Both the position numbers and the translations under genes were made by a program. The notes under the pieces were generated by a model. The model did no database searches and was not told where the DNA came from. It was given only the letters and a program-made list of their open reading frames with translations. Below, piece after piece: positions 57,900-64,000 of a stretch of DNA of 64,000 nt (the first letter of the stretch is position 1; each line of letters starts with the position of its first letter). Source of the DNA: a virus; IMG/VR virus record IMGVR_UViG_3300048694_001005, positions 1 to 64,000 of that record; one strand, given 5' to 3'.

Positions 57900-58375
57900 T
57901 TATTTTATTTTAGGTATTCTTTAAAGATGTGCTAACGCACATCTGCATTTCGCTTACGCTCATGCATTTTGTTGATACCTTAATTGCTTTTAAGACTGTA
58001 TGCTTTTGACTGTGGTATTCATCCAGATCAATCAGTCATAATATGCCTTGACAGACATATTATGAAAGAAACGCTTCATCCGAGTCGTTACAGTCACTGA
58101 TCTAAAGAGATTACAAATTTATTTGCACGGACGCGGTTGATCGGTACGCCCTACTCTAGCATTGCTTGTTATCAACGGGACCTACATTACACGGATCAGC
58201 GGCGTAATGTAAGTTATGGGTTGTGCCTGTTTCACAGAGCCCAAGATCCTTTGGAGCCTAAGGTAGTTCTTGCCTTGCAACACCTGAAATCCGACGGCAT
58301 CAGCTGACTGGCAGTCTCGACAGGGGTCTAGCAGCCTAGACCAAACGCGGTTGCTATGTATTGCCTAAATTATTC
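57900..58375 (-). ncRNA. Candidate large structured non-coding RNA
   Basis: About 470 nt with no ORF in the track; at least six hairpins, several extended by G.U pairs only on the minus strand. Confidence 0.5.
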
Positions 58376-59440
58376 TTAAGATTTGAGCTTACAATTGTCT
58401 AAATGATATCGTGCCATATTTGATGTACCGCCCATTTTGCCACAATGCGGGCATGTAACCTGAATTTGTGGGCCCTTGGGCTTACGCATTTTTTGTTTAG
58501 TTTCTTCTGTTAATATTTTGCCTTTTTTACTTTTGCCTATATTTAGTTTCCACTGTGCCTTTTGCTCTTCGGTCATTTTGTAATAACAAGGTTTGCCATA
58601 CATGCCATTATCTTTGCCTTCGTGACGCATTTTTTCTTTTACCACTGCCAATTCTTCCTCAGTTAAATTTGCGAATGGGTGCCGACCAAACATACCATTA
58701 TCTTTGCCTTTATGTGCCATTTTTGATTTTGCTACAATTAATTCTTCTTCGGTTAGTTTTTCAAAAGGATGTGTTCCATATCTTGGACTCAACATACCTT
58801 TTCGACCATACATTGGATTGTTAACCCCTCTATAATTCTGATTCAACCAGGCCTCATATTCTTCATCGGTTTTATTTCTTTTTGTTGAATTATTTTCTCC
58901 CAACCTAAATTTTGCTCTGTAATTTTCCTTCTCTTCCTCAAGCATACCATGCTCCCAAAGAAAGTTTTCATTTGGGTATCTGTCCTTAATCAAAGTCCAC
59001 AGTCTTGATGCCTCCTCGTCACTTTCTTCGTGCGGCGGCAAAAACTTAATTGGAGGAATAATAGCATTGTAATAACGCCGCTCGCCATTGGGCAATTTTG
59101 TTCTTAATGCATCTTCCACGATCATTTTTTCAACCTCCGCATAGGTCAATGCCGCTTTTGATTTATGAAGTGATTCAATAATAAAAACGAATCGAGATTT
59201 TCCATGCTCTTTAATCAATTTATTAATCGTTTCGGAAGAACTAGTATATGTTTTCCAATCAGATTCTTTGGTGGTCCAAACTTTGTTTTTCCTACTTTTG
59301 AGACGTTTGCTTCTCTTACTAAAAAATAATTTTTTCCCAATGTACTCTCGAGAAGTTTCAGTATCAATTATCCTATATATAAACCCAACCCATTCATTAA
59401 CGTCAAATTTTTTTGGATATTGCCAATGTCCTAAATCCAT
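58376..59440 (-). CDS. GIY-YIG endonuclease with NUMOD3-like repeats and C-terminal Zn ribbon
   Basis: GFIYRI...EYIGKK, WKTYTSSS; 30-aa repeats GKDNGM(F/Y)G; CPHC...HLDNC. Confidence 0.8.
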   Translation of the reverse strand: MDLGHWQYPKKFDVNEWVGFIYRIIDTETSREYIGKKLFFSKRSKRLKSRKNKVWTTKESDWKTYTSSSETINKLIKEHGKSRFVFIIESLHKSKAALTYAEVEKMIVEDALRTKLPNGERRYYNAIIPPIKFLPPHEESDEEASRLWTLIKDRYPNENFLWEHGMLEEEKENYRAKFRLGENNSTKRNKTDEEYEAWLNQNYRGVNNPMYGRKGMLSPRYGTHPFEKLTEEELIVAKSKMAHKGKDNGMFGRHPFANLTEEELAVVKEKMRHEGKDNGMYGKPCYYKMTEEQKAQWKLNIGKSKKGKILTEETKQKMRKPKGPQIQVTCPHCGKMGGTSNMARYHLDNCKLKS

Positions 59441-59446
59441 AAAAGC

Positions 59447-59474
59447 CTCCAGTATATTTATTTATACACTGGAG
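59447..59474 (-). promoter_or_regulatory. Late promoter inside an RBS-sequestering hairpin
   Basis: CTCCAGTGTAT-AAATAA-ATATACTGGAG (11 bp, one G.U) containing TATAAATA (59466-59459) and the GGAG of the SD. Confidence 0.75.
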
Positions 59475-59492
59475 CTCTTTTTGGCAAAATAC

Positions 59493-59678
59493 TTACTTAG
59501 CTGACATAGCGTTTTTCTTGTCCTGGATCTCACCACGACGAACTTTAGTTAGTTTTGCAAGCTCGCTTAGTGCTTTACGGGCACGACCAGCAGCGGCTTT
59601 AACGCCCTTGATCTCAAAACTGTCCTGTTCCTTTTTGTATGCATCAACGGCTGCTAGAATTTGTTCATGTGTTGTCAT
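59493..59678 (-). CDS. Histone H1-like (Hc1-family) small basic protein
   Basis: KGVKAAAGRARKALSELAKLTKVRRGE resembles the Hc1/HctA core; AAGGAG SD. Confidence 0.6.
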   Translation of the reverse strand: MTTHEQILAAVDAYKKEQDSFEIKGVKAAAGRARKALSELAKLTKVRRGEIQDKKNAMSAK

Positions 59679-59730
59679 TGCTATCTCCTTGTAATCTTAA
59701 TTAGTGCTACCAATTTGACCTGTAATATTT

Positions 59731-61734
59731 CTAAATATTTGCTATTTCCGTACTGGTTTCATACGTGGTAAAGCCATTTTCTTTGATGACTCGTAGTATA
59801 TTGTTTACCCTACCTGCTAATTCATCCTTGTGACTTACTAACCAAACACTTTTATTGAGCTCACGACTCATGCGTTTAAGCATACCTAGTGCATTATCTA
59901 CGCCGCTACTATCCAGACCGCTGTCAATTAGCTCGTCAATAAACATGAGATTAATGGGCTGATATAAACTTTCCCAAACATCACGAAATGCCCAGCTAAG
60001 GCTCAGTATCAGTCGTGTTCTTTCGCCCCTCGATAAATTATCAAAGTCCAGCTCACGGCCCAGTTCTGTGATCTCAACTGTGAGGTCATTCATAAAGGTT
60101 ACAGTATGTGGCAACCCAATACGTTCCAAATACTGGCTTAGACGTGTATTCAAATAGCCTAAGTTTTGATCAATGATGCGTTTACGTACAAAGCTATCTT
60201 TGTTGGTCAGCAATTTAAGCAAAAACTCCTGATGCTCACGTAACATTTCCAATTGATTGATGGTTTCATAGTTAATCTCAATCACGGCTTTGTTCTGCAT
60301 CTCGTCGATTTGCTCGACGTAGGGATCAGTTTCGTTTTCTTTGTTTTCAAGATCCCTAACTAGTCCATCCAACCGGTTTTTATGATCCAATGCATCCGCC
60401 AGCGTATCATAAAACACTTTGGGCATGGCGCCCAGGGCTCCTAGCTGTTTTAGTGATGCGTTATGCTCTTTTTCCTCTGCATCAGACCGGTTCCACTGCG
60501 TTTCTGCTTCCGTCAGTGACTCTTGTTTGTCTCTGCGGATTTCTTCCTGCTTGCCATCATGTATAGTTTGTCCACAAGCATAGCATTCGTGATTATCCAG
60601 TGATGCGATCTCTTTGCGCAGCTTTTCCTGAGCTTTTTCTAACTTAGCTTTATCATCTGCAGACTGTTTAATCAGCTTTTTGCATTCATCAATTTGCTTC
60701 TTGCGTTCGTTATAAGCATCAAGGTCACGATGTAGTTGTAATTCTTGCTCAATGTCTATGTTTACTAGATCGCCTATGGATCTAGACAGTTTGGCCTTGT
60801 CTTCTTCGTGTTTATTCTGCCACAGCCGCTGTCTACGCTCTAGTGATTCAATTTGTTCCTTGATTCTCGCATTGGCTTCTTCTGTGGCCTTAATCTTGTA
60901 TTGTTCCTGGGTAATGAGATCTTTGGTATCTTTGATTTGCTCTTTGAGATGATCAGCTTTTTCACTTAGCAGTGTAATACCCAGCAGTTGCTCAATGATA
61001 CTGCGCTGGTCAGCTGCTCTAAGACTTAGGAACGGCTCAGTATAAGTGTTTAGCGCCACGATATGCTTAAACATATCAGGGCTGATACTTAATATACGTT
61101 CTATTTCCTGTTGTGTTTCGCGGCTGTCGCCCTGACTTTCGTCAGCTTCGTTATTTGCAGCATCTACTCGCTCAACGTCATTTACATAAAACTTCAGCAG
61201 TGTGGGTTTACGACCGCGCTCAATGCGATAGTGGTTGCCGCCATGCTCAAAATCCACTGTGACCAGCATGTTTTTGCCGTTGGTCTTATTAATAAGATTG
61301 TCTTTTTTGATATTGGTTAGTGCATTGCCAAATAACCCATAGCTAAGAGCATTGGCAATAGTAGTATTGTGCGACAGAATCCCATTGGTATAGTATCTGT
61401 GTTCATCAGAATTAACGGCAATGTCAAACATATTTTCTTCTTGTTCAGAAGCTTGTATGTCTGATACTTTCTCTAACCCATCAATGGTTTGAATAAATGA
61501 ATTAAGCCTAATGTCTTTTACAAAAATTTCGTTGAATTCATCATTAAATAAAATATGATCGTCCGCGCACCTGAGATTTTTCCCTGATTCGGTTTTGACC
61601 GTCCATACATGATATGGAATTGTTTTATGTATGGACGTAATGGGACTCCATCCAGAATCTGTTTCAATCTCTAAATTTTTTAGATTTACAGAGTTGATAA
61701 ATTTTCTATTTACGATGTCAGAAATTGAATGCAT
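59731..61734 (-). CDS. gp46: gp46/SbcC C-terminal part fused to a split-intein IntC
   Basis: aa 1-123 intein (ADDH, MFDI, SHN|T), then coiled coil, CYAC hook, LSRGE signature and FIDE Walker B. Confidence 0.9.
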   Translation of the reverse strand: MHSISDIVNRKFINSVNLKNLEIETDSGWSPITSIHKTIPYHVWTVKTESGKNLRCADDHILFNDEFNEIFVKDIRLNSFIQTIDGLEKVSDIQASEQEENMFDIAVNSDEHRYYTNGILSHNTTIANALSYGLFGNALTNIKKDNLINKTNGKNMLVTVDFEHGGNHYRIERGRKPTLLKFYVNDVERVDAANNEADESQGDSRETQQEIERILSISPDMFKHIVALNTYTEPFLSLRAADQRSIIEQLLGITLLSEKADHLKEQIKDTKDLITQEQYKIKATEEANARIKEQIESLERRQRLWQNKHEEDKAKLSRSIGDLVNIDIEQELQLHRDLDAYNERKKQIDECKKLIKQSADDKAKLEKAQEKLRKEIASLDNHECYACGQTIHDGKQEEIRRDKQESLTEAETQWNRSDAEEKEHNASLKQLGALGAMPKVFYDTLADALDHKNRLDGLVRDLENKENETDPYVEQIDEMQNKAVIEINYETINQLEMLREHQEFLLKLLTNKDSFVRKRIIDQNLGYLNTRLSQYLERIGLPHTVTFMNDLTVEITELGRELDFDNLSRGERTRLILSLSWAFRDVWESLYQPINLMFIDELIDSGLDSSGVDNALGMLKRMSRELNKSVWLVSHKDELAGRVNNILRVIKENGFTTYETSTEIANI
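61366..61734 (-). mobile_element. Split intein C-fragment (123 aa)
   Basis: Block B LRCADDH, block F MFDIAV, terminal ILSHN with Thr at +1. Confidence 0.88.
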
Positions 61735-62810
61735 TTTTTAATTGTTTCCTTTTGATTTTTCTTGAAATCATGTTCCCAGATAATTAAAACTTCATATCCT
61801 TGATCACGAGCACATTGTAATTTTACAGCATCTGATGCCCATTTATCAATAGATTTAACTTTAGTTCTTGGATTTATAAAATCTGGCGAATATATAGAAG
61901 GGTTAGAGTGCCAAAAATCACCATTATATTCTATGATTTTATTATTGGCCATAATATCATAGATGTATTGTTTTTTACCTGATTCATGTAAAGTAAATTG
62001 ATGTATGGCATCTGGTATTGTTTCTTTTATTGCTTTCAGTATTAATTTTTCTGCTTTTGAAACAGTAATTCCTTTAGTTAACTTTAAACGATTAATTCTA
62101 GACTTTTCTTCTGCGGATTTGGAATTTAAGGTGCCCTGCCATTTATTTTGTCGATCTTGCCAAATCTTCATCCCCTCATTTTCTCCATATTTTTGTACGC
62201 ATATTTCTTTTGAAAAATATTTTTGCGAGTTTGACAACATGAGTGCTGACTCTTCTGCGGAATATCCCCTAGCAGTATAGTATTCAATACATCGAGGTGA
62301 TGAAACTCGATGTAAGTTTGATCTAGATTTTTTTTCGGCACCTAATTTATTATTGGACCTTTTCGTTTCTTTAGCTAATTTAATAGCTTCTTCAAGAGAA
62401 AATCCTTTGTTGATCCAATACTCTTTCCTAATCGGCCTTCGACTATTTCTTTCTTGATCAGCTTCGTCCTCGGTATAGTTTTTTCCGGTTATGGGATTGA
62501 TCTTGTTAAGCCAAAAATTTCTGCTATAAACACTACACGGATTCCCTGATTTATGTTTTTTGGCCTTTATATGCGACTCCTCATAGGTCCAGCCTCGTGA
62601 TAACCAATAAGATTTTGTGCGTGGCGCAGCATTGGTTGTTAGGTTTAATTTTTGACGAATGAATTGCTCAATAATTTTCTTGTTGTTTTCAATTTTGATA
62701 CTCAACAAGTCGACTAACAATTTTTGATACAGATCAGGATTTAAATTTTTGATAGTTTGTTCCATTACTTCTTGACAATTAACTTTGAGTTCTTTGTTCC
62801 AGCGCGGCAT
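61710..62810 (-). CDS. Vsr-like homing endonuclease between the two gp46 halves
   Basis: IIEYNGDFWH...YEVLIIWEHD; repeated YWxxRG/YYxxRG units; visibly AT-rich; overlaps both flanking genes. Confidence 0.8.
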   Translation of the reverse strand: MPRWNKELKVNCQEVMEQTIKNLNPDLYQKLLVDLLSIKIENNKKIIEQFIRQKLNLTTNAAPRTKSYWLSRGWTYEESHIKAKKHKSGNPCSVYSRNFWLNKINPITGKNYTEDEADQERNSRRPIRKEYWINKGFSLEEAIKLAKETKRSNNKLGAEKKSRSNLHRVSSPRCIEYYTARGYSAEESALMLSNSQKYFSKEICVQKYGENEGMKIWQDRQNKWQGTLNSKSAEEKSRINRLKLTKGITVSKAEKLILKAIKETIPDAIHQFTLHESGKKQYIYDIMANNKIIEYNGDFWHSNPSIYSPDFINPRTKVKSIDKWASDAVKLQCARDQGYEVLIIWEHDFKKNQKETIKKCIQFLTS

Positions 62811-63048
62811 TATATAATTCTCCTATAGTAAGTTCCATAACTTCACCGGTTTCGGTGTTACGAACTTTAACTAAAGTATTTATCCCAACACATTTACCCG
62901 TGCCATTGCGAGCACCAGCATCATCACCGCCTAGATCTAAGTTTTCCCCCAGCACCAGTGTTAGGTCCTGGCGATTGAAGTCAATAGCTTGTGTGACATT
63001 ACCCACACTTAGGAAGTTCTTTACAGTGAGATTCTTAACTTTGAACAT
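62779..63048 (-). CDS. gp46: gp46/SbcC N-terminal part fused to a split-intein IntN
   Basis: KNFLSVGN...RNGTGK (Walker A lacking the final T), then CVGINTLVKVR... Confidence 0.9.
   Translation of the reverse strand: MFKVKNLTVKNFLSVGNVTQAIDFNRQDLTLVLGENLDLGGDDAGARNGTGKCVGINTLVKVRNTETGEVMELTIGELYNAALEQRTQS
62782..62892 (-). mobile_element. Split intein N-fragment (37 aa)
   Basis: Cys1 block A motif directly after GTGK. Confidence 0.85.
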
Positions 63049-63998
63049 TATAGGTTCCTATAGATATCTAGCAGTATCTTTTTATCAAAGTGTTCGCTTT
63101 CAATACTAGTAATTTGATTTGTGACAATTTGATCCACACTTTCAAACGTGATCTCGGCAGCGCCAGTCATGTCTGATAATTCTGTTTTCTTAGGCGGGAT
63201 TAATGTAATCTCACGCAGTTGAAACTGATCCACAAATGTTTCTTTGAGATAGTTAGCTTCTTCATAGCTGAGATCAACGTCTAAATTGATACGCACATGC
63301 TGCCGTGGTTTGAGTATCGCACTGGGATCAGCTACGATATCACTGAGTTTAGCCACCAAATAAGTGGGTTGATCGGGCCAACTATGAAATACTGGATCTT
63401 CGCCCCAGGGCAGTATCATGACACCACGTTCAGCATCGCCTGCATCGGCGTAATTATGTGGGAAGCAATTACCAATATACGTAATGTTGCGTTCTGATTG
63501 TCGTTTATGGAAATGCCCGCTGAATACGTGCCCTATATGCCCAAGGTGTTCACGGCGTATTTCACCATGCTCTGGCATCTGTACCATTGCATTCATGTAA
63601 AAGTGTGGCAGCTCAAAGTGACCAAACATATACTGAGCATTAATCTTCTGCAGTCGTTTGTGGTCATCACCCACTAGCCAAGGTACAATACTGACGTCGC
63701 CTTCCTTAAAGAAGTCATTTACGATAGTGATATTGTCAATATGTCTAGCCCACTCAACACTTTGAATGTCGCGCTTGTCTCTATAGTAGAGATCGTGGTT
63801 GCCAGGAATAAAAAACACACGATTAAAACTTTGGCTCATTAACTCTAAACAGCGTAAGCTATAATTAAGAGTCATGATATTGATACTGGCGCGATTATTG
63901 TGGTAATCGCCCAGGAATAAACAAGTATCACAATCGTTTTGGCGCCCCAGCTCGCAGGCCCAGTTTATAAATGCTAGGCAATCTTCATTGTGAAGTTT
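63048..63998 (-). CDS. gp47: gp47/SbcD metallophosphoesterase nuclease (5' end beyond the window)
   Basis: Frame open to the window edge; LGDYHNN, PGNHD, FGHFE, SGHFH motifs. Confidence 0.9.
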   Translation of the reverse strand, partial: KLHNEDCLAFINWACELGRQNDCDTCLFLGDYHNNRASINIMTLNYSLRCLELMSQSFNRVFFIPGNHDLYYRDKRDIQSVEWARHIDNITIVNDFFKEGDVSIVPWLVGDDHKRLQKINAQYMFGHFELPHFYMNAMVQMPEHGEIRREHLGHIGHVFSGHFHKRQSERNITYIGNCFPHNYADAGDAERGVMILPWGEDPVFHSWPDQPTYLVAKLSDIVADPSAILKPRQHVRINLDVDLSYEEANYLKETFVDQFQLREITLIPPKKTELSDMTGAAEITFESVDQIVTNQITSIESEHFDKKILLDIYRNL

Positions 63999-64000
63999 AC

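Noticed and set aside
58227-58303. Hammerhead ribozyme (CUGAUG...GAAAC on minus)
   Set aside because: The core reads CUGAUGC rather than CUGANGA, and I could not build the three-stem junction.
58362-58370. 9-mer TGCCTAAAT shared with the gp32 leader (5395-5403)
   Set aside because: A single 9-mer match is expected by chance in 64 kb of AT-rich DNA.
57879-59492. Group I intron carrying the GIY-YIG gene
   Set aside because: No interrupted exon: the flanking genes are complete and convergent. I could not find P7/R-S core sequences.
1-64000. Stop-codon reassignment (alternative genetic code)
   Set aside because: Core genes (gp17, gp20, gp23, uvsX, clpA) are full length in the standard code, and TAA/TGA/TAG act as stops.
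1-64000. tRNA, tmRNA or rRNA genes
   Set aside because: No cloverleaf/T-loop GTTCRA with acceptor stem or rRNA-like region was seen in the intergenic gaps; tRNAscan/ARAGORN was not run.

Overview
A 64 kb segment of a large T4-like (myovirus) dsDNA phage genome, mostly encoded on the minus strand, in the standard genetic code. The host is probably Gram-negative (holin plus i/o-spanin pair, sigma70 promoters, SD sites). It carries recombination/replication genes (UvsY, UvsX, gp32, gp44 clamp loader, gp46/gp47), packaging and head genes (gp17, gp20, acidic core protein, gp21, gp22, gp23), baseplate/tail genes, lysis genes, chaperones (ClpA, DnaJ, GroES), PhoH, glycosyltransferase-like genes and four free-standing endonuclease genes. 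Main observations: (1) an in-frame array of 41-70 aa cassettes inside a putative head-internal polyprotein, separated by an identical 11-bp DNA repeat (GTGTGGCGGAA) encoding a putative prohead-protease site (VAE|G/S); (2) a ~470-nt ORF-free, hairpin-rich candidate ncRNA directly downstream of a GIY-YIG nuclease gene whose RBS is hairpin-gated; (3) a gp46 gene fractured in its Walker A motif by an atypically split intein (37 aa IntN, 123 aa IntC) around a Vsr-like endonuclease; (4) many proteins with T4-like capsid-targeting N-termini carrying enzyme cargo, including a three-nucleotidyltransferase polyprotein and ART-like, cysteine-hydrolase, metallopeptidase and GH19 domains; (5) repeated promoter-in-hairpin architectures and apparently leaderless late mRNAs. 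No tRNA, rRNA or CRISPR array was seen. All functional calls come from motif recognition by eye; no database search was run.
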